From contig NC_043010.1 in the NCBI RefSeq assembly GCF_006345805.1, positions 51,336,001 to 51,400,000 on the forward strand: a stretch of DNA of 64,000 bases, given 5' to 3'. Position 1 is the stretch's first letter. Every line of letters starts with the position of its first letter. A program made the translations under genes and the position numbers. Under the pieces are notes generated by a model. It was given only the letters and a program-made list of their open reading frames with translations. It did not search any database and was not told the DNA's origin. This document shows positions 26,110 through 39,779 of the stretch, piece by piece. The DNA is from Octopus sinensis (taxonomy: Eukaryota).

Positions 26110-26360
26110 AAATAATAATAATGAAATTATTGTAAACAGTGCTCAGGTGCACCACGACTTGTCAAAAGTGCGTACAAAGCATATGCAGTAATGTACAAAT
26201 GTCTGGGAAGTGAACAGTGTACGAGTCAGATACATGCTTGTGTGTGTATTGAGGGGAGAAAATCAGGTGTAGTGTTGGCAAATCTCAGGAAGCATGGAAG
26301 TTTTGAAGGATGCAATGCTCCGACAACTAACAACTGATGCTGGCAGTTTGTTCCATACTT
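26110..26360 (-). mobile_element. CR1-like LINE 3' end
   Basis: Minus strand WNKLPASVVSCRSIASFKTSM... then a 3'UTR ending in (ATT)n. Confidence 0.65.
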
Positions 26361-27204
26361 GTAACTCTTATCCAAGTAAAACAAGTTACAAATTCTTTTC
26401 TTCGCTGGAATCTAGCCAAAAAATTAACCTAACTTATTAGTCTAGTACACAAGGCCCAAATTACAATTGTAGTTACAACACTTTGTGAATGAAACTGGAA
26501 ACGAGTAGAAGCCTGCCATGTGTGTTGTGCTTGCATGTATTAATGTGACTGTATAAATGTTGATTGTGTGCATCTCAATTGACAGTCTGAGCAAATTTGA
26601 TGAGGCAATCTTCATTCTCAAAAAAAAAACAAAAAAAAACAACTTAGCGGTTTGGCAAAAAGAGACCGATAGAAGAAGTACTGGGCTTACAAAAGAATAA
26701 GTCCCAGGGTCGATTTGCTCGACTAAAGGCGGTGCTCCAGCATGGCCACAATCAAATGACTGAAACAAGTAAAAGAGTAAAAAGAGTAAAGTCCTTTAGT
26801 TCAACAGCTTCATCACATTGACAATGTAAGGACTTCTTCTCTGTCTTGGCACTCCATCAGTAAAAGACTTGCCCAAGGTGTCACACACACTGGGACTGAA
26901 CATGGAGCCATGTGGTTTGAGAGCAAGCTTCTTACCATACAGCCACACTTGCACCTATATCATCATCATCATTGCTGGAATGGGTTGGACGATTTGACAG
27001 AAGCTGGCCAGGTAAGAGCCTGCACCAGACTTCTGTGCCTATATACATATTTATTTACACACACACACAATGGGCTTGTTTCAGGTCTTTTGCCTACCAA
27101 ATCTAGTCACAAGGTTTTGGTCAGCCTGAAGTTATTGTAGAAAACACTTGCCCAAAGTGCCATACAGTGAGTGGATTTGGTAGATGGAAACTGGAAGAAG
27201 CCTC

Positions 27205-27282
<78 letters not shown>

Positions 27283-27554
27283 CCCATCATCACTTGACAA
27301 CTGATGTTGGCATGTTTATGTCCCAGTCACTTAGCAGTTCAGCAAAAGAAACCAATAGAGAAAGTACTAGGCTTCAAAAATAAGTCCTAGGGTCAATTTG
27401 CTTAACTAAAATCCTTTAAGGCAGTGGTCCAGCATGGCCGCAGTCAAATTACTGAAACAAGTAAAAGAATAAAGAATATATAAACACACACACAAAATAT
27501 ACAGATATGTATATCTGTGTGTGTGCACGTGTCTGTGCGCATGTGTGTGTGCAC

Positions 27555-27589
<35 letters not shown>

Positions 27590-28143
27590 CCCCACCACCA
27601 CTGGACAATAGGTGTTGGTTTGTTTACATCCTTGCACTTTTGCGGTTCAGTAATAAAAAGATACTGGTAGGATAAGTATCAAGCTAAAAAAAAAGTACTG
27701 AGAATGATCCATTTGACTAAACTCTTGGTAGCAATGCCCCAACATGGCCACAGTCCAATGACTGAAACATATAGAAAATAAGAGATACATGTAGAATTTT
27801 TTGGACTAAAATGTACACCCAAAAAAGGTTATGTCAACTTACACACCAAGATGGCTTTAGAGGAACCCAAAAGATGATGAGGTTTGAATGTTTACACTAT
27901 ATACTGTTGACTTTGTGCACCAAAAAATACAGTATTAATTCCTGCTGTAGCCTCTTTTACTAAAGGTAGACTTAGGAATTGGTTTTTGGAGTGTGGTGGA
28001 ATCTTTTGTACATCAGGATACTCAGGAAAAATTTTGGCAAGCAAAAGAACTGAAGAGGAAGAAACTAGAGATAGATAAATAGATAGGCTAACGGGTGTAT
28101 ATATGTATGTATGTATGTATGTGCGTACGTGTGCATTGTGTAA

Positions 28144-28183
<40 letters not shown>

Positions 28184-28497
28184 ATGTGTGTTGTGTATTT
28201 ATATGTATGTATGTTATGTGTATATATATATATGTGTGTGTTGTGTACATATGTGTTGTGCATTTATATGTATGTCTGTTATGTGTATATATGTGTGTGT
28301 TGTGTACATATGTATTGTGTATTTATATGTATGTTATGTGCATATATATGTGTGTGTGTTGTGTACATGTATGTGTGTATGTGTGTGTGTGTTGTGTACA
28401 TATATGTGTGTTATGTGTGTATATATATGTGTGTGTGTGTGTTGTGTACATGTATGTGTTGTGTACATATATATGTGTGTTGTGTATATGTATGTTA

Positions 28498-28533
<36 letters not shown>

Positions 28534-28579
28534 CATGTGTGTGTGTCTGTGTGTGTGCTGTGTACACGTGCGTGTGTGT

Positions 28580-28619
<40 letters not shown>

Positions 28620-28913
28620 AAGGAGAAAAGTGAGAGGGATGATACTGGAACTGAAAGTAACCATAGAAGATTCAAAGAATCTACAATGTCAGACCAAAGT
28701 CAAAGAAGTTAGAATGTGGGTGGGATGGGTTTGGGGGCGATACAAGGAGAAAAGAGAAAACAAACAACTTGACAGAGGAGGAAATGCTGCAAAATATCTA
28801 TGCTATAAAACAGATTGAAATGTCTAGAAGTAGACATATGCACTTTAGTATGTGTGTGTGGGTGTTTTGTGTGATCTGTCTGTGTCTACATACATACGTA
28901 CGTACGTACATAC

Positions 28914-29328
28914 AGGCGCAGGAGTGGCTGTGTGGTAAGTAGCTTGCTTACCAACCACATGGTTCTGTGTTCAGTCCCACTGGCGTGACACCTTGGGCAA
29001 GTGTCGTCTACTATAGCCTCAGGCCGACCATAGCCTTGTGAATGGATTTGGTGGACGGAAACTGAAAGAAGCCCGTCACATATATGTATGTATATATATA
29101 TATGTGTGTGTGAATATGTTTGTGTGTCTGTGTTTGTGTCCCCCCTACCCCCGACATCACTTGACAACCGATGCTGTTGTGTTTATGTTCCCGTAACTTA
29201 GCGGTTCGGCAAAAGAGACCAATAGAATAAGTACTAGGTTTACAAAGAATAAGTCCTGGGGACGATTTGCTCGACTAAAGGCTGTGCTCCAGCATGGCCG
29301 CAGTCAAATGACAAACAAATAAAAGAAT
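28914..29328 (+). mobile_element. SINE family A, full length
   Basis: ggcgcaggagtggctgtgtgg... through ...aataaaagaata. Confidence 0.88.
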
Positions 29329-29799
29329 ACATGTGGATGTGTATGTGTGAGTGTGCATATGTACATGCATGCATGCGTGTGCATGTATATATGTATGTAT
29401 GTGTGTGTGTGTGTGTGTGAGTGTGTGTGTGTATGTGCTAAAGGCAAGCTGGGAGAATTATTACAGTGCCAGGCATAATATTTTGTGACATTTTGTCCGT
29501 CTTAAGTTTCCGAGTTCAAGTTCTGCAGAGGTTGACTTTCCCTTTCATGCTTTTGGGGGTTGATAAAACAAGTACCAGACGAGTACCAGGTTTGATGTTA
29601 TCAACTAACTCCCACCTCAAAACTACTGGCCTTTGCTCTTGTGCCAAAATGTGAATTTTTGGTGTAACTGGTTGCACAATCACCCAACAAGCAAAAGAGA
29701 TGTGGTTGTAACCCAGTGATAGGGTCTGTTCTCTTTAATTCTTTTTGAGTTTCATGTAATATACATCAAAAACATTTGATCATTTGCATTATAATTGAT

Positions 29800-30391
29800 A
29801 TCTCTATATATATATATTTCTTTACTACCCACATGGGGCTAAACACAGAGGGGACAAACAAGGACAGACAAAAGGATTAAGTCGAGTACATCGACCCCAG
29901 TGCGTAACTTAATTTATCAACACCGAAAGGATGAAAGACAAAGTCGACCTCGGCGGAATTTGAACTCGGAACGTAACGACAGACGAAATACGGCTACGAA
30001 TTTCGCCCGGCATGCTAACATTCCTACCAGCTCGCCGCCGCTCAAAATGTCTCTGTGTGTGTGTCCTTTATACAAATCCACAATTTTTCAGTTAGAGGGC
30101 TCGCACTTTCTATGGCCATTCAAAACCGTCCAAGGGTGGTCGTGCACATGTTTACATTTCCCCAGTCACCCCGCAAAGCCATTAAAAAAAATCAATAGAA
30201 GTGACTTTTTTCTGAATTTTCTATCCAAAACACAATCAAAATGCCCAAAACTTGATACGGCAATTGAATGCCAGCTAGCTGTATGTGATTGGTCGGAGAT
30301 TTGGACAGTACTCGCGTGTATGTGCGCACGCACGCAGCTGTATATGCATGCACTAGCACTATGACCAGGCGTTGCTGGGTCATAGTGCTAG
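29800..30391 (+). mobile_element. Helitron-like family 2 copy interrupted near its 5' end by a family B SINE (29815-30040, minus)
   Basis: 5' tctctatatata at ~29801; body resumes at 30043; ends in hairpin plus CTAG|T. Confidence 0.6.
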
Positions 30392-31604
30392 TTTAGATGT
30401 AAAATGAATGATTGGCAAAATGAGCAGAGAACAGGTAGGGTTGTAAAGGTTCTTTTAGTACAGTCTCTGCAAGTTCACCACCTTAATCATCATCATCATC
30501 ATCATTCAGTGTCCGTTTTCCATGCTAGCATGGGTTGGACGGTTCAACTGGGGTCTGTGAAGCTGGAAGGCTTCATCAGGCCCAGTCAGATCTGGCAGTG
30601 TTTCTACGGCTGGATGCCCTTCCTAACGCCAACCACTCCGTGAGTGTAGTGGGTGCTTTTTACGTGCCACCCACACGTAATAATGCTTCAAAAATAATAA
30701 TAATAATGGCTTCAAATTTTGGTACAAGACCAGCAAATTCAAGGGAGGGATTAAGTCAATTACATCAACCCCAGTGAACAACTGGTACATATTTTATTGA
30801 CCTCGAAAGGATGAAAGGAAAAAGATGACCTCAACAGAATTTGAACACAGAACATAATGCTGGAAGAAATACTGCTAAGCACTTTGTCCCGTGGGCTAAT
30901 GATTCTGCCAGCTCACTGCCTTAATAATAATGATGATGATGATAATGATGATGACGGACACTCTGGTCAAAGAGGACGTATGACCATTCGGCTTTTTGCC
31001 ACACGACCTGCACAAATGATTTGTTTATAGTGATGAAATGTTAATGCCACAGATTAGCTCATTCTCTCCATAAAAATCAATATTTCGTGTCGAAGTGATT
31101 GCATAGCAACACAAAATGAAGTTTTGCTCAAGAACACAATGCACCACCTGGTCTAGGAATTGAAATCACAATCACCAGATCATGAACACAACACCCTAAC
31201 AACTGAGCCATATGCCCACAATAATAATAATAATCATTTCTACTACAGACACAAGGCCTGAAATTTTAAGTGAGGGGACTAGTCGATCACATTGACTCCA
31301 GTGTGTAGCTGGTACTAATTTCATCAACCCCAAGAGGATGAAAGATGAAGTTGACCTCAGTGGAATTTCAACTCAGAACATAAAGTTGGACAAAATGCTT
31401 TGCAACATTTTGTCCGCTTTGCTAACGATCCTACCAGCTTGCTGCCTTAATAATAGTGCAAAACCAGAAATATGGCTCCCTAGTCATAATAGCAATTTGA
31501 ACTTCTAACTTATTGTTTTTGAGGCCTCTGGGTAAGACTTGGAGACAACTTGTACAAATATAAAGCAAAAGCCAAACATACAATAATAATAATAATAATT
31601 AATT

Positions 31605-31905
31605 TGTTTATTGGCCACAAGGGCTAACAAAAATCAATTAAAACATAAAGGGACAAAACACAGGACGAAAGTTACAAAGGGTTTTGTCCGTTTGAAAAAA
31701 AGGTCCGTGTACAAAAGCAGGATAACAACGAAATATAAGTAAGTATTAAAACTCCCAATAGGGGGAGGCGCTTCAAAAGGTTACTCGTGGAAAAACCCAT
31801 AAAAGCCACGGGAGCCTGGTCAAAAGGGGCATAGAGAGCCCCTTTCTCCTTTTATATTTCCTTTTAATTTTTCACAGGTGTATCCTCAGAATTGGTCCAT
31901 TCATA
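31605..31905 (-). mobile_element. LINE 3' end whose tail resembles the family B SINE tail
   Basis: tttattggccacaagggctaac...aagggacaaaacacagg. A related fragment lies at ~11560-11735 (+). Confidence 0.45.
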
Positions 31906-32269
31906 CTGGTAATGATGATTTCAAATTTTTCCACAAGTGCAGCAATTTGTGGGGAGGGGATGAGTTGATTACACTGACCCCCCAATGTTCAACTGGTACT
32001 TATTTTATCGACCCCAAAAGGATGAAAGATAAAGTCGACCTCAGCAGAATTTGAACTCAGAATGTAGCAATGGGTAAAATGCCCCTAAGTATTTCGTCCA
32101 GCACGATTCTGCCGGCTAATGATTCAACCAGCTCACTGCTTTATAACAGCAATAATAGTTCATTTGCTACAAGGGCAGTGAGCCATGGGACATGGCCTGG
32201 AAAAGTTTCAAAATGTCTTGGGAGCGAAACAAACAAATGAGAAAGAAAAATCAACATATTAACGAATAC

Positions 32270-32500
32270 AATGATGATGATGACTCGTTCTTTTGTATTT
32301 TTTGCTGTCCTAGATACTGTTGTGGTGTCAGGTGCTTTGTCTTCATGCTCTAAATACCACCCAGCTGTTGTAGTCCAAAACGATATCTCTTTCTTTGCAC
32401 ACAAAGAGAAATATCACAAATGTCTTTATGACCGGATTTGACCTGCACGAAACAATTTAACCTTGATTAACTACTAACAGCAAACAGCCTTATTTTAACC
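32270..32500 (-). mobile_element. Possible highly decayed mariner transposase fragment
   Basis: GWYLEHEDKAPDTT resembles the W.LHHDNAPAH motif; frameshifted and weak. Confidence 0.3.
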
Positions 32501-34526
32501 TTATCGAACATTGAGAGAGCCATCACGCAACAGTCCTGCGGGCAATTGGATAAACTACAAGTGTTTATGTGCAAGAATGTTCCAGAACCTTTGTGTAAGG
32601 TCATGGACATTGTCCTTCTTCCAAACTTTAAAAAAAAAAAAATTACCCTTTTTTTTTTCCCTTGCTGATGGAAGAATTATTTTCTTTTTGAAATAAAATT
32701 CAGTAGGTACAAGCATGGCTGTGTGTTCGAGGGGTTCACTTTGCAACATGCTTTCAGGTTCAGGCCCACTTAATGGCATCTTCAATGGGTATTGTCTACT
32801 GCAGCCATTGGAAATCAATGCCTTGTGACTGAATGTGGTTGACAGAAACTGTATGGAAGCCAGTCATGCGTGTGTTTGGGCATGCACATGCTTGTGTCTT
32901 CTACAACCCCAGGCCAACTGAATGCTACTTGAGGGAATGTGGTTCACAGAAACGGTGTGGAAACAGTGTAGAGGCAGTGAGCTGGCAGAAATGTTAGCAC
33001 GCCGGGCAAAATGCTTAGTGGTATTTTGTCTGCTGCTACGTTCTGAGTTCAAATTCCGAGGTCGACTTTGCCTTTCATCCTTTCGGGGTTGATTAAATAA
33101 GTACCAGTTATGCACTGGGGTCAATATAATCGACTTAACCCATTTGTCTGTCCATGTTTGTCCCCTCTGTGTGTAGCTCCTTGTGGGCAGTAAAGAAATA
33201 AGAAACGGTGTGGATGCTTGTTGTACATGTGTGTGTGTGTGCATGTGCACTGTCTTCTACTACAGCCCAAATGCCACTTGAATGAATGTGGTTGACGGAA
33301 ACTGTGCAGAAGCCTGCCATATGTATGTGGTGGTGTGGAGTGTACATGCTTGTGTGTCTTCTACTACAACCCCAGGTCAATCAAATGCCACTTGAGCGAA
33401 TACAGTTGGTGGAAACTGTGTGGAAGCTTGTCATGTGTGTGCGCATACCTGCTTGCATTTTGAGGGTGTGCTTGTGTCTATCTTCAACTACAGCACCAGG
33501 CTTGTGTGTGTGTGTTTATGTGTATTTCTCTCTCACTGCTTGTTTGCTGAATAATCCTTTCTTATAGCTTCCTGAATATTTTGATACAGTTGACAGCCAC
33601 TTCTCAGAAAGAAAAGGTCAAATGAGGCTCTTGTTCACAGAAATTCTTTTAAAAAAAAATGTATATTCTGCCCAGTCAACTAAATGACATTTGTTGTAAG
33701 GTTGCAACCTTAATCTTATAAATCTGCAAATCCACTCAACTATTGAAGATTGCACTTTATATTTCAATTGTTTATGCTCTTGTTTAACCCCAGGTCAACA
33801 ATGAGTCAAGAAAACCATGATCAAAAGCGTTCCCTTTATCAATATTGTTGTGTCAGGCTGTGAGCTGGCAGAGAAGTTCGAATGCCAGGCAAAATGCTTT
33901 GCAGCTTTTTATTCATCTTTGCATTCTGAGTTCAAATTCTGCCGAGGTCAACTTTGCCTTTCATTCTTTCGGGGTTGATAAAATAAGTACCAGTTGGGTA
34001 TTTGGATTGATGTAATCGACTTACCCACCCACCACCCCTGGCCTTGTGCCAAAATTTGAAATCAATATCTTGTACGTGTGTGTATGTTCTCTCAAACATA
34101 TTCAGTTTCCGTTGTTGGTTGAGAGTGATTAAAGAGATATGTGGTTGCTATTTGTAAGTAATGAATTGACTAAAAGATGTCAGGGAAAAGTCATTGGGAG
34201 GAAAGAAATAAGGAAACAAAAACTATTTTAAATCAGTTATTAACTGACAGTACATAATTTATATATGATGCATTTACACATGTGCGGGAAAAAAATCTTG
34301 TATTCAATTTTTTAAGCAAAGGAAGACCAAAAAAAAATTTCAGTCATTTATTGGCAATACACGACACGTACAGATTAAAAATGCTTTACACAGTAGAAAT
34401 ATCATTATTTCTAATTCTCTATAAAGGGGACTACAGCAGTGGTACTGGATATTAATAGTTATTGCCAAGCTAACATCTATCTGGACTGCTATGTTAGCTT
34501 AGCGATAACTATTAATATCCAGTACC

Positions 34527-34757
34527 TATTTCTTTACTAACCACAAGGGGCTAAATACAGAAAGGACAAACAAGGACAGACAAACGGATTAAGTCGATTA
34601 TATCGACCCCAGTGCGTAACTGGTACTTATTTAATCGACCCCGAAAGGATGAAAGGCAAAGTCGACCTCGGTGGAATTTGAACTCAGAACGTAGCGGCAG
34701 ACGAAATACTGCTAAGCATCTCGCCCGGTGTGCTAACGTTTCTGCCAGCTCGCCGCC
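34527..34757 (-). mobile_element. SINE family B (tRNA-like head, Meta-SINE-like central domain)
   Basis: ggcggcgagctggcagaa...gagttcaaattcc..cgaggtcgactttgcctttcatcctttcggggtcg. Other copies at 32971-33202 and 56823-57054. Confidence 0.85.
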
Positions 34758-34909
34758 TTATTAATATCCAATACCACTGCCGTAGTCTCCTTCAGAGAGA
34801 ATTAGAAATGTTATTTCTATTTTTGAAAACCAGTGGATGTATTCCACTGAATTTAGGTAAATAATCCTTCGAACAGATGATCAGCAGTGCTCTTTCTGGG
34901 GTCGGCTGC

Positions 34910-34952
34910 TCTACATTGATAAGGGGCAAATACCCCGAAACTAGTCTGTAGA
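34910..34952 (+). ncRNA. Minimal type-I hammerhead ribozyme motif, U3:A8 variant
   Basis: tctaca-TTGATAA-gggg-caaata-cccc-GAA-ACTAGT-C-tgtaga. Stems I and II perfect, stem III palindromic, GUC triplet. Confidence 0.75.
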
Positions 34953-36714
34953 TGCCAGACCAGCAAGGAGAAGCTGCTGACCTTCCCTGTTCGAAGGTTA
35001 TAATGGACACAGGTTTGTGTGTCACATAGCTAGCTAGAGGCGATGGCCTCTTGGAGCTAATCAATGGCAGCATTCGTCCTATCTATCTGGACTGTCATGT
35101 TAGCTTGGCAATAACTATTAATATACTTTACACAGTATTGTGGCATTGCGTGAATATTTAGTATTTTTAATGTTGACAACTAAGACGTATATTCCAGTCC
35201 ACACCACCAAGAAACTCTGCCAGGCCCGTCAATCAACACACAAATGTAAGAAGGTGTTCTTGTAGCTACACATAACTATTTTTTTCCAGTGACATTTTTT
35301 TTTCCTGGATTTGACTAATATCATCCACTACCAAAATCGTAAATTCTTGGCTAATTTATTTAATGCTCCTTGCATTAAACAATGTGAATAAAACTTTATT
35401 TACTGATATACACTTTAAAAAGATGCTAAAAAAAAAAGAGAAAACTGGGGGTGGGTAAGGTAGGAGCAGCCGAAGACGGAAAGGCAAGGGCGATAGGTCA
35501 CATATCCCAGAACAAGAGGGGTGCTCAGCCACACCACGCAGTAATGAATGTGATGGCGTTGCCAAGGAGAATGGTTAGCGACACTCGCTGCAGTAGTCAC
35601 TTCACCTTGAGGGGCTCATTTCTCAGACAGGCTGCCGTTATCGCTATTGTGTAGAGGAAATCGGTGGTACGAGGTCTTAGAACACCTGTTGTCTTGACAG
35701 CAACCAGTCAGGTTCCTGTACTTATTTTCCTCTTCTCTGCGTTATGGGCAGTGATACGGGGGTTTGTGACAGATGCATTAAATACAGTTCTGTGGTGTTA
35801 TGAGCCAGGCTGTGTTGTAGGGAAGGATCGGAAGTGAGGGAGTAAGTATGTCCTGTTGGAAGTGGGGCCTGTGGGTCCCACCTGAAGGGCTGTGGTGGGC
35901 ATGCGAGGTCAGTGAAGTGTGAGAGCAAGTTGGTGGCGAACAGCGCATTAGAGCAGACCATGCAAATTGAGACAGAGCATGTGGACATTGAAAGTGACCC
36001 TTTTTCTGGACCGACAGGTAAGGCTACTGCACTTCTCTCTTTGCTTCCATTTTTTTGTTCCTTTACATCACAAGTTCGACACCAGCTTACCAAATATGTT
36101 AAATCATTGAGTAGCAAACCGTAGCATCGCCTTTTAAACCGAAGTACACACATAAACTTATGTTACTTTCATCTGCCATGGATGGCTTTGACAATACATC
36201 AATAACCTACATTACATCAGAGACGTATCACGGTGAAAGAAAAAGGTGAAGGGAGTTCATCTGTACTTTTAGCTGTTATATATACACTATATTATTGACA
36301 AGAGACATCGAACAAAAAAGTTAAATCTCTCAAATCACACAATTAGGTCATTAAAACATTAGGAGAAATACAAGTGATATGTCTGAAAAATAAAATCAGA
36401 TGGGAAAATCACAGATGCAGCACTGTTGATCAATAAGGAACATTTGTGATCTGGGCTGACTTGAATCTAAGCAACATATATATATTATTTGTATGACTAT
36501 TTAGCCACACAAAAGTTACATTATTTTAAACAAAGCTATCACTAACATGAAATCTTATTCACTGGGTTAACTAGAGTGTGGTAGGTTTGACTACCGACAT
36601 ATCAAATGTAAAACGAAATTATTTAAGTACCAACAGAGGTAGATTTCTACGTGGTCGTTTGACCTGTTATAAATAGCGGCCAAATTTTCCTTAAATCTCT
36701 TATTATTATTATTA

Positions 36715-36748
<34 letters not shown>

Positions 36749-37120
36749 GCACCTTACTTTTGGCCCAGACAGAAGGCAGTAACCATAGTCCTTTACAGGG
36801 TCCCCTAATACTTACTGGTGGGAGAGAAGGAAGTATCTTCAAGCTGGGAACCAAGCCCGAATGCTTGCAACAGAGTGGAGTCTGTTAAAGATACCCAAGG
36901 CACCAGTTTGTGATGTTAATTCGGATTAAGTCTATGTCCCATGTAATGCCATGGTGGAATTTGAACTCAGAACACAGGGAGCTGGAACGAATGCCGCAAG
37001 GCATCCGGCCCAACGTTTTTACACCTCCAACTTCCACCATGGATTATTACCTTTTTTTATCAGCCCTGAAAGGATGTAAGTCAAAGTTGACCTCAGCCGA
37101 GTTTGAACTCAGGAGAGTTG

Positions 37121-37574
37121 GGATCTTTGTGGCTTTTGTCACTGTTTACAATCATCTTTTTAAAAAAAAAAAATTTAATATATCATAAAGATGTAATTTT
37201 TGACGCTGAATCCAAATTTATTCTTCATCTGTTCCAGAAAAATTTTGCTAAAATGTCAGGTGTTCAAAGTTTGATAGGTTTCAGAATTTTCAGCCAATCA
37301 GAAAACAGCACGTTCGCTGCCTCTTCCATCATTCGGATCTTTGGTTACTATGGACACAGAGTTCTTCACCACAGTGATGTGTAAAATACTCACTTCTGAT
37401 TGGCTAAAATACCCAAATTTTGAAAATTTTAAAGACTGATAACTTTTTAATTATGGTTTCATAGGAAAAATAAATTTCATCTTCATAATTAGTATACAAA
37501 ACTTAATCCATATACTAAATTTGAAAATAATTCGAACAAAATTGTAAAGAGTGACGAAAACCACAAATACCATC
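37121..37574. mobile_element. MITE with ~35-bp TIRs and an internal inverted repeat
   Basis: ggatctttgtggcttttgtcactgtttacaa / ttgtaaagagtgacgaaaaccacaaatacatcc; no clear TSD. Confidence 0.65.
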
Positions 37575-38169
37575 CAATGATCAACTGTCTTAAAAGGGAA
37601 AAAAAAAGTATTGATTACAACACTGATCAATGTAGTGTTAGACATGCAATACCTGACAAGAAGAGAGGTACTAGGTGGGTCAATTGACATAGGTCTACGA
37701 TTTCGAGAGGGACTGTGCCTCCTCCTCTTCCTCCTCCCCAGGTCAGATCAAATAGAAAATCTTTTGGCAAAAAAATTCCCCCTCCTTTTTTAAAAATCAT
37801 TCTAGTTCTTCTATTTCATTCTGTTACAGCAGGACGGAATTAAAGATTTAAGTACATCATGTAACACACATATACACACAATAATCGACAGAGGTTGCAG
37901 ACTCAAGGGCCAAGAGTTTCCTGCATTAGCACTTATCAACTAATACACAAAGTCCTTGAGTTTCTTTAACCTCTGTCTATTATTAAATGAAACCTAACTT
38001 TCGTTATATTGTTTCATCCAACTACCGCATTAAAAACGCGTTGGCATATTAGACGCACCCCAATTTCAGCAGCACATACTCAGGGGTAAAAACAAGTTTT
38101 TAGTGCATTGAGGTATGTAATATAGTCCCAACTTCGCATATAGGACCCAGGGTGAATTTTTAATAAGCC

Positions 38170-38945
38170 AGTCAACTTTGGAGAATTCTTAATTCTTGAG
38201 ATGATCTCAAGCGAAACTGGTCTTAACGGGCATTTGGTAATTATAATACATTCTCCAGGGGCAGAACATTTTAATAACGATTTCAATTTTTGGCGATCTT
38301 ATGGCAAGTCGTTTACTTCGACCCCAAGACTCAACTGGTACTATTTTATCGACGCTGAAAGGATGAAAAGCAGTCGACCTCGGCGGAATTTGATCTAAGA
38401 ACGTAAAGACGGACGAAATATCGCAAAGCATGTCGCCGTGCGTGCAAACAATTTTGCTAGCTCGCCGCCTTACAGATAATCTTAATAACAAGAATTTATA
38501 TTGTGTGGTATTTGTCTATGCTCACATAAATGCGACTGGCCAGCTTAAGTTATTTCTCTTAGCTCGTTTCTTGTTTAAATTATGCAAATTATCTGGGCCA
38601 TAAACGTTTTCTACTTTATTTTGTGTATGTTAAAGTTTTTTGACTGCTGGGGGATAATATCAGACAGCTGTCATGCTTATGATGACTAAGCCAGAAACAC
38701 GTCTCCAAGATTATATGTATTCTTATCGGCAGACAATGAACATGTCGATTTCCTTAACGGCATGTCAACTTTAGAGAATTCTTAATTCTTGAAATTACCC
38801 CCCCCCCCCCCCGACCCAGTTGGAGCTGGTCGTTAATTGTCATTTGGTAATTATGACATCCTCTAGAGGCGGAGATAATTTTGTGGTATTTGATGCACTC
38901 TATATTTGTCTGTTGTTGAAATGCATACAACTGGCCACTCAGTTA
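38170..38945 (+). mobile_element. Decayed Penelope/retrozyme-like unit with terminal direct repeat, SINE-interrupted
   Basis: gtcaacttt.gagaattcttaattcttga at 38170 and 38763. Decayed core ATGATGA..AGAAAC-AC-GTC at ~38679-38703. Related to 48310-48930. Confidence 0.45.
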
Positions 38946-39070
38946 CATCTCAGTTAATTCTTATATTTTTATACATTCTTTAAAAAAAAGTGTGTGTCTT
39001 AAGACATCAATTCTGGCAATTATGACTTGAAGGACGACCTATATTTTGTATATTTATTACGAAGATTTAC

Positions 39071-39115
39071 ACGCGTTGGTGTACTTTTAATCACAGTTCT
39101 GCTCCGGCTCGGCAT
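39071..39115 (-). CDS. Candidate first coding exon of the MAVS-like gene (MPSRSRTVIKSTPTR)
   Basis: ATG at 39115, 15 codons, then CGT|gtaaat, a phase-0 donor as the 12153 acceptor requires. In-frame stop upstream. Lies in unique CpG-containing sequence. No homology support. Confidence 0.4.
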
Positions 39116-39119
39116 TAAA

Positions 39120-39400
39120 CAACAATTTCATTAAATCAATGTAACATAACCGTGCTCATAAAAAAAAAACGAGTTCACAATAAACAAGTCAAGTGAAGAC
39201 GATTCATATTTTGTTTATTCTGCTTGATAACCTACATAAATATGTTTGTACTCATTGCTTAAATTCGTAAGCAACAACATGGCTTCCCAACCCTTCCTGT
39301 CATGTCAGTTAAGTAGCGACTTTCAACGCAGCCATTGTCATTTTAATTCAACCGTTTAACTTATTAAGTAGGGGGGGGGGCTGCCAGGACAAAAAACAAA
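39120..39400 (-). promoter_or_regulatory. Putative promoter / 5'UTR region
   Basis: Non-repeat stretch with YY1-like motifs (caacatggc on +, acaatggctg on -) at the boundary between CpG-depleted and CpG-retaining repeats. Confidence 0.3.
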
Positions 39401-39779
39401 TTATTCTAACGAGTAGCAAAAGCAGTAAAAAGACGTTTTACATGCCTTAGAATTTATTTAAGCTTCATAACGTTCCGAAATCAAATCATAAGAGGTTGAA
39501 TTCAGAGCATCGATCCTTTTACGTTCGATAGAGTACCACTTCAAGAAATGGAGTCGATATTATCGACAGAAACCAACCTCAAAATTTGAGTGCCAAACTA
39601 AGTGGCTTCTGTCGTTTTAAAAGCATAAAAGGGGAATTTGTGACAGATGCCTTTTCCAAAGATTTTAATTGTAAGTGGAAAGGATTATATATATTATTAT
39701 ATATAAAAATTTTTAAAAATGCGAGAAAATGAGAGTGGGGAGTCTTTCCACAAAAATATATATATATATATATACTTGT

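Larger units (their letters stand above)
34393..35123 (+). mobile_element. Hammerhead-bearing ~357-bp retrozyme/Penelope-like unit with terminal direct repeat and inverted 5' copy, interrupted by a SINE
   Basis: Direct repeat atctatctggactg..atgttagctt at 34475 and 35081. Inverted arm 34393-34476. SINE 34527-34757 with 17-bp TSD tattaatatcca(g/a)tacc. Confidence 0.7.

Noticed and set aside
27892-28818. Long Cys/Val/Tyr or His/Thr ORFs (also near 16.6, 23.2 and 25.3 kb)
   Set aside because: Translations of (TG)/(TA) microsatellites.
35450-36150. GC-richer stretch with 143-aa and shorter ORFs
   Set aside because: No recognisable domain or splice-compatible exon; probably an unidentified retroelement fragment.
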